Of a stretch of DNA of 64,000 bases, positions 11,433 to 24,348 are shown in pieces. Location of the stretch: positions 52,018,001-52,082,000 of the forward strand of contig OZ336873.1 of NCBI GenBank assembly GCA_965287045.1, read 5' to 3'. The stretch's first letter is position 1. Each line of letters starts with the position of its first letter. Position numbers and translations under genes: made by a program. The notes beneath the pieces were generated by a model. It was not told the DNA's origin and made no database searches. It saw nothing but the letters and a program-made list of their open reading frames with translations. Source of the DNA: Carcharhinus amblyrhynchos. Lineage: Eukaryota.

Positions 11433-14400
11433 CAACTTAGCCTTAAACTGAATCCCATTTACACTCCAAGAATACAATCCTTTGTGCTTTAGACGGTGTA
11501 ATGTTCCTATCCTAATATTGACTTTGACTGACTTTCTGTGAGCAATACCACAGGAGATCAGCTAACAAATTAATATACAGTGAAAAAGTTGGGTGGCTTT
11601 CATTTTCTTCCAACTTTTTTTTTATATTATGTTTCCCATTTACTTTTAAAAAGTAAAGTTTGAGATGTTGTGGCAATTGAAAGCTCTGGTGTCTGCACTG
11701 TGGCACAGAGAGGCAGATTTGACTCCAGCACATCGTCTAAGTAGCTGATCTTGGCGCGATGTTGTGGAGAGACACCAGGTGAAGATAAGCATCCACAAAG
11801 CGGAAGAACGATTGAAGAGAATGGTCTCTTGGTGCTGCTGCTCAACCCTTGGTCAGCTCATGGATTAAGTTACAATCACAGACAATATCTCTTTCAGTGT
11901 AAGCTGCAGAACAGCACAGCACAGGGGAAAAAATGAAGCTTTCTCTTGTTCCTATTGCAGCTTACGAGAGGCTTATAAATAAATCTTGTGTGACAGCAGA
12001 GGAGCGGATCGAATGAGCCTGTTGACAAAGTCACTTCTTTATTGTGAGTGAGCCACGTGTTAGCGCTCATTCTCCACAGTGTTACTGCCACAGTTCAGAT
12101 GCACTGGGCACAGCTGTGTGATTGATGCCATGGAGTGCCTTCGCTAGGACAAAGGGCTGCAATTAGAATCAGGTCATATGACGTCTTTAATAAGTGAGTG
12201 GAGCACAAGAGCCTCAGCTAGTACCAGGAGTCCTGGGCGCAGTAGGAACAATAGGACCAGCATTTGGAGGGATGAGGAAACTCCAGAATCCTGATCAAGA
12301 ACGGGATGAGTCTCAGTATGGCAGGGGTTGGGTGGCTTGATAATTACAATATTGGCATACTAGATCCCTAAATAGGTCATAACTAGCAATCATAAATCGG
12401 ACTTGTGGATTATTTGGGTAGGTTAATTTGTTGGGTAGGGGTGTTTTCTGCATCATCCTTGTATCCCACCTGATACTGAAAGCATACACTGAAATGTCTA
12501 AGGTGAAAGTTAAAGTTAGGGCACATCAAACTCAAATACAGGTTGCAAACAAGTGAAGCAGATGACAATACAGGTGTGCTGCAGTCAAGAGTTGGAATTC
12601 ACACTCCTAAACAGTGATATCAAAGCAGAACTAACGAGAAGCCTTGGCACTTAAACCAGAGTTTTCAAAGTGAAAAGAGAAGCAGCTTGAGGATCTGAAT
12701 CCATTCTCCAGGAGGGAAGGACATTACTCTGGGTTTCAGTTCCTGACCTTCAGAATGGCCGGACATTGTTCTGGGCTTGAACTGTAAGGCTGGAGTCACA
12801 TTGCCCTGGAGATGAACTTGAGTTAAGTTATGATGTACGCTATTTATATATTTTGTATCATCCAATCAGTTAGTAAGAATAAACCAAGCAGTCCAATAGG
12901 AAAATTGCACCCAGCCTCAGATTTGAATTGAACAGACTTATGCTGAATTTTCACTGTTTGCACAGGCCCAAATCCCAAATAATTTTGGGTGAGGACTGAC
13001 TTGGAATACAGTCTTACTCCTTCTGCTTTGTATAAAGTGGAAATGAGTTTGGGCCAAGAATGCATCTTGGTTCTAAACCAGAAAACTGAACTGAGATTTG
13101 AACAACTCGGACTGATTGGAGATTCCAGGAGAAGTGATTTTCCTCTTCCTCCGACCCATGTGGTAATTAATCAAATCTAACTGCTGTCGTAGGATGACTT
13201 CAGTGACAATAACTTGTAGAAATCCAAAAAATCAATAGCCATGTGAAGATTGGATTCAGTTAGCTAAGTGGTAGAAAGCTGTTAAATATTACTAAGGAAG
13301 GACTTACTTCAGTCTCAGGAAATAACTCTTCAGTTAAGCGACTGGATTTTAGAATACTATAAATAGCAAGAAAATAGTTAATAGTGGTACAGAGAAACTG
13401 CACATCCTGATCGGGAGGCTGTGCCCATATGTCACAGTGTGTCCAGTTGTTATTCCTCTGGCTAAAGAGTTACTGATTTTTTCATGTCTTGTAAACTCAG
13501 TATTTGTCTTTTTTATAATCTAGATCCAACTCTCAATTTCATTCTGTTCTTCATAAAGCCTATTCCTAGGCCTGTTCCAGTGATGGATCCACTACCACCT
13601 TAGGAAGTATCTGATCTCAGTCTGATCCCTGCATGAGCCTGAGTGGGCTTTGGGAGGGGTGGGGAGGAATTGTGACAAGCTGTCCAATTCACCATAGCAC
13701 ATAAATGGAGTAATGAGCTGCAAGACTTTTCAGTTGTTACAGCTGAGACCTCGCTAGAAAAGCGTTAAGAGATTGCCTCCATTTGGACAGGATTTTCACT
13801 TGCCCCCTGCAACCTTCTCTCTTTCCCCTTCCCACCCACTACTCCCATCCATTTGGGTCTCACTTTATCAATATAGACACGATTTCTAACATCATGGGGA
13901 AATATGTCAATGCAGCAACAGCACTAGAGGAGACAAAGCTCCTGAAGGATGAAGAAACGCCCAAAAATCAGAATGAAGCTTCCCACTGAAGGCTTCCATT
14001 ACGGATTTGGTGCTGGCTGGAGAGAGGTCCGATTTCCACACGACCCCTGTCAAGAATCGGATGAGTTTTGGGCCTTTACTGCCACCTCAGGAGTGTCTGA
14101 TGCTGTGAATGTTGGCAAATCTGGGCATATCTTCCCAGGTTTCAACATGTGATGCAATGGAATTAAGTACTAGTGTGCTCGACTCCTTTCCTCACAACAT
14201 CTGTGCACTGAGAGATGGGTGAGAGAGGCCTAGCATGTGTAGCCTTGATTCTTTCAGTCATTGATCAAACTGTTAAGTACTGAGAGGCAGACAATGTGAT
14301 TGTTATCATTCACCATTCAGTATCTGGGAGAATAATTGGTAACTCTCGGAGACTCCAGAACCGTTTAGGCTGGTTGGCTATAATAGTGGCCCCATCCACG

Positions 14401-16074
14401 TGGTGACTCCTAAGCAGCAGGAATAGTTAATATAGATGGGAGGAAAATCCACTGGGGACCCACTGGCTCCTGTTGTGTGCATGCAATGAGTCTGCAGAAG
14501 GAGCCAGTAAAATAAGACACCCACTATGAAGGACGGGTGTGGTATTACGGAAATGGGGCAAGTTTGTTGCTATGATGAAACCAACTTTCGGACAGGATCA
14601 CCAAAGAGAACTTTGTGCAGAAAGTCTTTCAGTTAGCACTCAGCAAGCTCCCACAAACAGCAGTGAGGAATGAGTAGATCATCTGTTTCAATGATGCTGG
14701 TTGAGGGATGAATGTGGGCCAGGACTCTGGGAAGAATGGCCCCTGCACTTCTTTGAAATAGGGTCTTGAAAAGACAGAGGAAGCCTGTATTTAATGGAGC
14801 ATTTCCTCAGTGTCAGCCTAAAGTTTGTACTCAAGTCACTCAATTTTTGTATGTCTTTTAGAAGGAAATGGTTGCAGTGCATTTCCACAAACAAGATTAT
14901 TGACTGCAATACTTCAGGGAGTTTTCATCATCAGAGAAGCCTGCCTGAAGCATAACATGACAATATACAGCAAGGACTGTGAAAATATTGCAGTCACTGG
15001 ACTTCTGCTCAAATATTGTGTGACTTAACTGAATCAGTGGATTAGTGTTTGAGCAAATGACAACAGGGTCAATAATCTGTTCCAGTGTAAGTACAGCCTG
15101 CGGCACTGCGTACTCCCCGCTGCAGGGAGTTTCGAGTGGCACCATTGCCATCACTCACAATCCAGAAGGCAAAGGTGGTATCCTCTGGTGAGAATCAGCA
15201 CGGTCATTTTGCTTCTTGGTCACACCACAAAGCAGCAAGGTGCATGTTATCACAAATAAACTTAGGAGGCTTGCTTGGTTGAGACTGGCAGATTTTACCC
15301 GTTTGGCCATCAAACATCAAGCTCAGTATTACATGTGATCTCTTGCATAAAGTCACAAATCTGCTCCTGACTGAAGAAAAATCACAAAATTCGTCTCATT
15401 GGCCACATGTAGTAGCTGCACCAATCACAGGAAATCTGCCTCTAGCTTAAACAAAGACCACAGGGTTAATTTCAATCCTCCCAGCCCACTGGACAGGTAA
15501 GCAATTAAAATCCACCGAGGTGAGTTGCCCAGCAGGGTCCTCCTGGGTCTTATTCGTGTCACTTTTAATCTGCTGTTATAAGCATGCAGCTAAGGCACCT
15601 GTCTGAAAGCAGCAGAGTCTTTCTTTAATAGAGCAGACTCTGGTCCATTGAGTCCATTGACATCCTGGCAATCACCCGAGCAGGGAATCCGCTGTGACCT
15701 TTCCTGACAAGTGTAGCAGGGGGAGCATCAGGAGCAGAAGAGGCTATTCCTCGTATGTTTGTTTCTTTCCTTTGTAAGATAAGGAGGATCAGATCTGCTT
15801 CCTCCTTCCGTACAGCAAGACTCCCTCAAACTCCCTTACCCACATTTAACCTGAGTGTCAATGCTGAGGACCAGCAGAATGTTTGTAGGCCAACGGCAAC
15901 TTCCCGCTGTCATAGTGCTAAAGGCCAATGGTTCAAAAGACCATGGCCACTTTCTGGTGCAAGATGTCACAAACCTAAATGAAACTCATGGCAATTAACC
16001 ATCCTTTCCAACTCTCACCAGTAGCCAAATCCTTCCCGACCAAATGTACACTTCATATCAGTGCAGAAGACTAG

Positions 16075-16832
16075 TAAAGAACAAAGAAAATTACAGCATG
16101 GGATCAGGCCGTTCGGCCCTCCAAGCCTGCACCAGTCATGCCACCTGACTTAACTAAAACCCCCTACCGTTCCAGGGATTTTATCTCTCTATTCCCATCC
16201 TATTCATGGATTTGTCAAAATGCCCTTTAAAACTCTCTATCGTACCTGCTTCCACTATCTCCCCCAGCAATGAGTTCTAGGCACCTGTTACCCTCTGCGT
16301 AAAAAATCTGCCTCATACATCTCCTTTAAACTTTGCCCCTCACACCTTAAACCTGTGCCCCCTGGTAATTGACTCTTCCATCCTGGGAAAAAGCTTCTGA
16401 CTACCCACTCTGTCCATGTCTCTCATAATGTGGTAGACTTCTATCAGATCACCCCTCGACCTCCATCGTTTCAGTGAGAACAAACCAAGTTTCTCCAATC
16501 TCTCCTCATTGCTAATGTTCTCCATACCAGGCAACATCCTGGTACATCTTTTCTGTCCCCTCTCCAAAGCCTCCACATCCTTCTGGTAGTGTGGCGACCA
16601 GAATTGAACACTATATTCCAAGTGTGGCCTCACTATGGTTCTATAAAGCTGCAACATGACTTGCCATTTTTAAATGCAATGCCCCGACCGATGAAGGCAA
16701 GCATGCCGTATGCCTTCTTGACTACCTTCTCCACCTGAATTGCCACTTTCAGTGATCTGTGTACCTGTACACCCAGGTCCCTTTGACTATCAATACTCTT
16801 AAGGGTTCTGCCATTTACTGTATATTTCCTAA
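16075..16832 (-). mobile_element. CR1 LINE 3' ~760 bp (second subfamily, AGAACAAAG tail)
   Basis: ORFs 16340-16657 and 16633-16851 (KYTVNGRTL...RDLGVQVH...PHLEYSVQFWSP...RGHRFKV), frameshifted. Confidence 0.9.
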
Positions 16833-16834
16833 TG

Positions 16835-17038
16835 CTGGGATTTTCCAGCACTTACCACCGGTGGGATCTTCCAGTCCTGCCAAAGTTGACCCTTGCTACA
16901 GCTTCTCTGGTGGCGGGACAGTGCGATCCATGCAAATTGCCAATGACTTCAGTGAGACAGACTGATCCCACCTGTAGCCAATGATGAGCCACTTCCACGA
17001 AGAAAAACCCATCGCGGTGGGGTTTGGAAAATTCCGAT
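16835..17038. mobile_element. ~200-bp TIR element (MITE-like)
   Basis: Termini ctgggattttcc ... ggaaaattccg, with internal similarity to 5962-6164 and 46906-47112. Confidence 0.6.
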
Positions 17039-19179
17039 CATCATGTTAATAGTTGCATTTCTGATGGGACTAAATGAAGTCACCAAACCCTGTGCTAATG
17101 TAGACATGGTCACTTGGCAGGAAACCCTGTGTCCTAGCAGCAGGTTATGCCAAACTGCATTGGTAAAAAAGTATGTTCTGAGTTCAACATTAACTTAAAG
17201 ACATTCAGATCAACTGAAGATTAAACCACATCCAAATCTAGAAGAATAAAAACAGAATAAATTACTGTATGAATGAGGAGAGCTTCATTAGAACCCCAGA
17301 TCACTCATTGCCCTACCCCCACATTCAGTAGTCATCTGTGGCAAGGAATTTATTTTATTTTTTATAAACTGCTTGGATGTCTACAACACTCAGGAAACCC
17401 ATTATCATAATTGACCATCCAGACCAAGCTGCATTGTCACTACACAGTCACATCCCACTTAACAGACCTTTGTCACAGGTTGCTGGAGCTGAGGTGAGGA
17501 GACCCCGAAACACACACTGGAATACAGGCAAATTTTGCCCGTCTGGTTGGGATCACCCTACTGATTCATACTTAAGAGGTTCAGCTGGAGCCTAATGGAA
17601 ACAATCCCAGCCCCTGTGACAAGTCTACCCCTCCACATTCCATTGGTGAGTCAGGCTGCCCAGTCAGCCATCAGCACAAGTTTGCTGAGCCTGTCATAAA
17701 GATTGACCTTACATTACCAGGTTCACCAGAGTGGGACCCCGAGAATCCCAGCGCACAGCGTTTTTGTGGTGACAAGCTGCCACTTTCCTATTTATTTTAC
17801 TTCATGTTTATACAGATGATTTAAACTGAGGGATATTTAAAGTTCCCAATCCGTCTTCTCTGTTACTGCAGTTCAATGTCTAGGATAAAATATGAATGTT
17901 TTATTGGCATGTTATTACTGGACCTTTACAGGATTATCATTGTCAGCGCACTTAACAAAATTGGTAAAACTGTAAGCAGCCATAATTTGCATTTACTAAT
18001 CAAGAACTGGAGCATTTGTAAACAATATTTCCAAGCTAGATTAGAAAGGGGAGTATTTGTGGGCATTGCTCTTTGTAGAGTTTACCATTTTCTTACATGT
18101 GACTTGCAAAGGAACCTTTTATAAAATGAGTAAAGGGTTAAGTTATGCTGCTCCATGTACCAACTACACAGTTGTGGTGAGGTGTTAACTAATGGCAAGT
18201 AAACCAACATATAATCTGCTGGGTTAGCTGAGGGCTTTGTTTAATCTGTCTGGAAAGATTCACTATTCTATGTACATTACAGTAAAAATGTTGGGAATTA
18301 AATGCAACAATTAACTGCCGTTTGGTCCAATTACAAAAACACTGTTCATTAAAGATGTAGCAAATCAATAGCATTAACTAGGGTTAAAGTGGGCTATGGC
18401 CATCTGGTAGACTGGTGCTGGCTCCTGTCAGGCTGATTGTTAACAGTCCCAGTTCTTCTTTATTGTCTGTGATTTTTTTTCTTGGGTCTTTTGAGAATAT
18501 AAAAATATTTTTCGTCTCTGGATTCCAGTTTAGTTCCAGAGCATCGACCTGGAACTACAGGTCAGAGTACTTTAATCTCCTCAGCCCACTGTGTTTACCC
18601 CTGCTCCACATCTTTGCTGCGCTTATGAGCCTTTACTCCCTCAGCCTCTTTCCTCTTTGTTCCTGTTGATGGTTTTAACCATCTGTTTTTGTCCTCGGCT
18701 GAGATTTGGATGTTTGAGTCAGGTTGTGTTCGATGTGGAATGAATTGCAAGATAGGATTAGTATACAGTGCCATCATCACCTGTGACAGGTGAAGTCATT
18801 CATAGTGAGTGAATGTGTAAGGGTCCTGCAAATCAGCTTCAGGAGTGCAAGTCTGCCACCATTTGTCACTTCGGTACGACTTACATAATTATCAACTTGT
18901 GTCATTGTTAGATTCATGATCGGACATTATTCCTGCAGATGTACAGAACAAATGGAGCAAATGCTACTTGATCAGGGACGGCTGTGTCAATGTGAGCTTG
19001 CAGGTTTTAGGCAGTCAGGTACTGCAAGGGGCAGGTCAGAGGTACATACTGTGGTGACAGTGAGTTCTCCTCAACCATTTCAGTTTTAATGCAAAGTCTG
19101 CTGAAAATGTTAACCTCGAATTTGAGACATTCTGTAATATGAATGCCTTGTGCATCTGCAATAAATTCATTTCTCTAAA

Positions 19180-19545
19180 TCCTTTTCTTGCATTTATATA
19201 GCATATTTCAAGACAGCTCCAATGTCCTTTACAGTTAATGAAATGTTTTCCAATTGCAAGCACCATTGTAACATGGAAAACGTGGCATCCAATTTTCACC
19301 CAGCAAGGCCCTTGAAGGTAGCAGTGAGATCAATGACCACACACACTGTTTAAGTGATGCCAAGGGCAAACTCCCTTGTTCTTTTAATAATGCCATATAA
19401 TACTTGTACATTAGAGAGCAGATTGGGCCTCCATTTAAGATCTCATTCATAAGACAATGCTGTACTCCAAGCACTGAGGCAACACTCAATTTCTGAAATG
19501 GGCCATGTACCCATTGACCTGTTGCTAGAAACTGAACCAAGGAGG
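19180..19545 (-). mobile_element. Deu-domain SINE, decayed
   Basis: ttgcatttatatagc tail, gggcctccatttaagatctcattc...agacaatgctgtactcc. Confidence 0.55.
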
Positions 19546-21460
19546 ATGCAAATATAGTAAGCATTTGTACCAAAGCTTCGCTAGCAATAGACCATAAGAC
19601 ATAGGAGAAGAAGCAGGTCATTCAGCCCATCAAATCTGCTCTGCCATTCGGAGAGATCATGACTGATCTGAAATAATTCCCAGGATTATCTGTTAATGCA
19701 AATAGGCAGGGGAGGTGTGAGTGACTATTAGTGCATAGAAATTACCACACAAAAATGGGTCATTTAATTCCGCAGCCCCTGTTTAAGTTGATGTGTGTTG
19801 TCTCTTGTAAAGAACAGAATTACTCCAGTTTAAGATTATCTGTGAATATTATTTTCAGTAAACCACACTTTTATATAAATCTTCCTGTATATATTTTGTT
19901 AAATTCACAAGGCGTGATCATGGAGAAACTGGTGAGTGACAGGAAATTGACAAAGTACACAAAGATTTAGCAGCCTGTTTAATGCCACATTGTCATCTGA
20001 GGCTGTTATTATAAAGTAACAGGAACAGTAGTGAGGTGAGCAAAGACTTTAAGGTAATACTTCCTATGAAGGATGAAAGCATTTTCTGATTCCATGTTCC
20101 ATATTACTCATTCTTTGTACAGAAACATTCTGAATCTTGGCTCTCTCTTTCTCTCCTTTCCTTTTCCCTTGCCACCACCACTCAGACCTCGGTACACTGC
20201 CAGAGTGAGCTAACCTGCACAGTTACTGCACACAACCCAATTTAATTAAAACCATCACAACTGGGGTTCAGATCCCCATCCCAAAGCCAGCACTTAGCAA
20301 AACTCTCTTGATTGAAGATGTTCTCCTGCATTGAACTTGTTTGAATCCATGGCCTGAGAGGTATGGTTTTACTAGGTCAGGAGTTAATAACACTGATATA
20401 CTTCTGCAGATCCAGCTCCCTTTCTGGATGGGAGGATGAAGGTAATCATCTTCTAACTGACCTGTAGTTTGACTGTATGCATGAGAACCAATTGTGTGAA
20501 GAAGCCGTTTAGGTGATCTGCAACACAGACCAGATCTATGCCCATTAGCAATCCAGCTTATTGAATCAGAGCTTGTGATCTTGTTCATGTTGTGTCCTAT
20601 AAAGCCTGCTCTATGGAAAGTTGGGTTGATGAATTGTGGGTTGCTTACAGAAGAAGCACATGTAAATATAGTACCGGCTCATCCAGAGGCATCTTGTTTG
20701 CCCCGTCATAGATAATGCAAATGTAAATGAAGATAAACCCTCCATTAGCCCTTACCTGAGACCCCTTACCTTTATTTTGGAGTAGCTGTCAGCCATGACT
20801 CTGGAAGTACATTGATATTTATGGGGGTTGGCTGTGTGCAATTGCTGCCTCTTTTATATTCTTAATAGTGACTACAGTTTACATTCTTATTTACTGCAAA
20901 GCACTTTGGAACAGCTGAACGTTGTGAAGGACACAATGTAAATGCAAGTTTGACTTTTCTTTTTGCATTGGTGTTCTGGGAAGTGGTGGCTTTAATTTGA
21001 GCCTGCGATCTAAGAAATAGATTTTTGATTTCCTGTTCTCATTGACCCTCGTTCCCCAATTCCCACTTCCCTCTCTACCTGTTCCACAAAACACTGGTAA
21101 GAGGAAGTTAATCATTCAGAATCAAGGCATGTTGACTGCTGAAGCACTGTTGTACTTAACTGCTCAGGGTATAATCCACACCATGTCTTTGGTGGAATCG
21201 AGTGTAGTACCATTTTAAGGAAACTTGTCACCTTATCATGTTTCCCAAATGCACCCCAAAGTTTCTCACAGACAGCTAACTGATTTGAAATCTAGAAACC
21301 ATTCGGCAAACACAGCAGTCATGTTTCTGCAGCGTAGAAATGCCAACAGCAGTGAGGTAGATGGCCAGTCAATCTGCCCTGTGTGGTGTTGTGTGAGGGA
21401 GCAATGAAACAAAGAGAAGTTTCTGTCGTGAGTGTTGTGAGATTTTGGCATACATCTGCA

Positions 21461-21852
21461 CACAGTAAGAAGTCTCACAATACCAGGTTAAAGCCCAACA
21501 GGTTTATTTGGTTGCACAAGCCACTAGCTTTTGGAGCACAGCCACTTCATCAGGTGACTGGGAGTTCTGGTCTCCAACAGGGCATACAAAGACACAAACT
21601 CAATTTACAAAATAATGAGCTAAAAATAAAGCTAGTGGCTTGTGCTACCAAATAAATCTGTTCATTATTTTAGACATTTGAGTTTATGTCTTTATATGCC
21701 CTGTTTGAGAACAGAACTCCCACTCACCTGTTGAAGGGACAGTGCTCTGAAAGCTAGTGGCTTGTGCTACCAAATAAACCTGTTGGACTTTAACCTGGTG
21801 CTGTGAGACTTCTTACTGTGTTTATCCCAGTCCAATACTGGCACCTCCACAT
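21461..21852. mobile_element. Fold-back (inverted) Penelope 3'-end element inserted in a Deu-domain SINE
   Basis: cacagtaagaagtctcaca...aactcaa (21461-~21615) is the reverse complement of cattattt...gtgagacttcttactgtg (~21663-21820). The flanks at 21220-21460 and 21855-22020 are SINE sequence. Confidence 0.85.
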
Positions 21853-22362
21853 CAGACATCTGAACAGACAGAGTCTGGGTTCCGAATTTCACCTGTCAGT
21901 AGCATCTCTGACCATGCCAGAGTCAGTAGTTCATTGCGGGTCAGCATCATTTTTGCGCTGAAGTCTGATACTGGGGCATAACCCCGAGCCTGTCTGAGGT
22001 GTCAGAGTACTATCTGAGCCATGCTGACACTTCATCCAACAACAAGCACACTATCACTCACCTCTGAGTAAGTTACACAGTGTGTCTGTACCAGTGAAAG
22101 TGTGTAACACAGTATCCAAATGAATAATCGGGAACAGTGGAAAATTGGACTTGATCTAGTGTTCTCTGCTATGGTTAATACTCCTACAATTGTCAGAAAT
22201 GTTGCAGATTGTTCAATGCTATGACCGTACTGCCTTCCTTGGAGAGTCAGTGATTAAGGGCTGTACAGTTATGAGCCATTGATGATTTTCTCATTGTTCA
22301 GTCACACTTTTCTCAGCGATGGACCAATTCCTGTTGTGACTGATTAGAATAACTCAAATGAA

Positions 22363-24348
22363 GTTGGAAAAAAAAGACATTTATTGTCAAAGCTTTTCAA
22401 CTTGCACTCAGGACAATTGCAAGAATAGCAATGTAAGGGGAATCAACAAATTTATAGTGTATGAGAAGAAAGTGCTGATTGGTTGACAAGTGGAGTCTGA
22501 TTTGTGGAGGTATTGCCATGGAGAATGCACCTGTTGAGGATGATTGACAGTCAATTACCATCCATTGTTTGAAATTTAAATCAGGCACTTTGTCTCTGGT
22601 CAAGGCATTTCCGTGAGGAATGAACCAGCAAATGGCTGTCACTTATTTTGTTTAGATGAAACTGACACAATTTATATATGTGTTGTTTATGTCTGCAAAG
22701 AACAAAGCCCTATATATTAATATATGTAGCTTCTAGTATACACAGATGTCTCTCACTGTGAACCTTACTGACAATCTTAAATTAGTTGTCAGTGTAATTT
22801 TTAGCACATGGATGATTATTTAGCAAATGTTGTCCACTCTCAGAATCATAAGAACATAAGAAATAGGAGCAGGAGTAGGCCATCTAGCCCTTCGAGCCTG
22901 CCCCGCCATTCAATAAGATCATGGCTGATCTGTCGTGGCTCAGTTCCACATTCCCGCCCTCTCCCCCTAACCCTTAATCCCCTCTCTTATCAGAAACCCA
23001 TCAACCCGCGTCTTAAAAATACTTAGCGAGGCAGCCTCCACCACTTCAATGGGCAGAGAATTCCAGAGATTCACCACCCTTTGAGTGAAGAAGTTCCTCC
23101 TCAACTCCGTTCTAAACTGTCCCCCCCTTTATCTTGAGGCTGTGCCCCCTAGTCCTACTGTCCTTTCTGAGCAGGAAGAGTCTTTCCACCTCTATCCTAT
23201 CCATCCCATTCATCATCTTTTATGTCTCAATGAGATCTCCCCTCATTCTTCTAAACTCTAACAAGTACAAGCCTAGTTTATTCAGCCTCTCCTCATAGCT
23301 CAACCCCCTCAACTCCGGCATCAGCCTAGTAAACCTCCTCTGCACTCCCTCCAAGGCCAAAATATCCTTGCTTAAGTACGGCGCCCAAAACTGCACACAG
23401 TACTCCAGCTGCGGCCTCACCAATGCCCTATATAGCCGCAGCAAGACCTCCCTACTTTTATATTCAATCCCCCTCGCTATGAAGGCCAGCATCCCATTCA
23501 CCTTCCTGACCACCTGCTGCACCTGCAAGCTGGGTTTTTGCGACTCATGCACAAGGACCCCGAGGTCCCTCTGCACCGTCGCCTGCTGCAGTTTTTCTCC
23601 ATGTAAGTAATAAAAACTTTGGGTCACATCAAATGTGCGACACAGTTTTTTGAGTTTTGCAAGCATGGATTGATCGGGTATGGGCTGTACCTAGTCTATC
23701 GCAGACAGTAGAAGAGCATGCTGTTTGATGTGATCTTCCTGTTACTTGGACGGATTGTATGAAACAGTATATCCCTTCACTGTTCACAATAGGAAAAGTA
23801 CAGCTTATACACAACTAGTCCGTGCTTGCAAACCTCAAAACATTGTGTTCAATATTAGATGTGATTCTGAGATTGGACAACATTTGCTAAATAATTCTTA
23901 GTCTACTAAGAATTACACTGACCACTAATTTAGGATTGTCAGTCAGACTTGCAGTGTGGAGCATTTCTGTGTACTGTAAGCTACATATATTAATACACAG
24001 GGCTCTGTCCTTTACAGACAGAAGAAACATAGGCACATATTGCATTTGATAAATCTAAACAAAATAAGTGATAGCCATTCACTAGTTCATTTCTCAGGGT
24101 AATGCCTTGACAAATCAGACTCCAATTGCCTAGTTTAAATTTCAAACCATGCTTGGCAGTTAATTATCAGTCACCATTAACTGGTGCATTCTCTGTGGTA
24201 ATGTCTCCACCAATCAGAGTCCACTTGCCAACCAGTCAGCACTCTCTTCTCATAGTATAAATTTGTTGATTATCCTTGCACTGTTTTTTGCGAAAGTCTT
24301 GATGAGTGCAAGTTAAAAAGCTTTGACAAATGTGTCTATTTTTTCAAC
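22363..24348. mobile_element. Second-family Penelope-like element as a ~600-bp-arm inverted repeat (centre ~23743), left arm interrupted by CR1
   Basis: 22363-22847 plus 23624-23735 is the degenerate reverse complement of ~23750-24348. The right arm shows decayed GIY-YIG C-terminal coding remnants (IGQHLLNN...KNYTD...ATYINTQG.VL.RQK). Confidence 0.85.
22847..23613 (-). mobile_element. Young CR1 LINE 3' ~766 bp
   Basis: ORF 23220-23666 motifs are near-identical to the 4437 copy; (CATAAGAA)n tail. Confidence 0.93.

Noticed and set aside
12552-12565. gtgaagcagatga resembling the end of GNAO1 exon 2 (VKQMK)
   Set aside because: No upstream GAGESGKSTI codons and no GT donor at the expected position; chance match.
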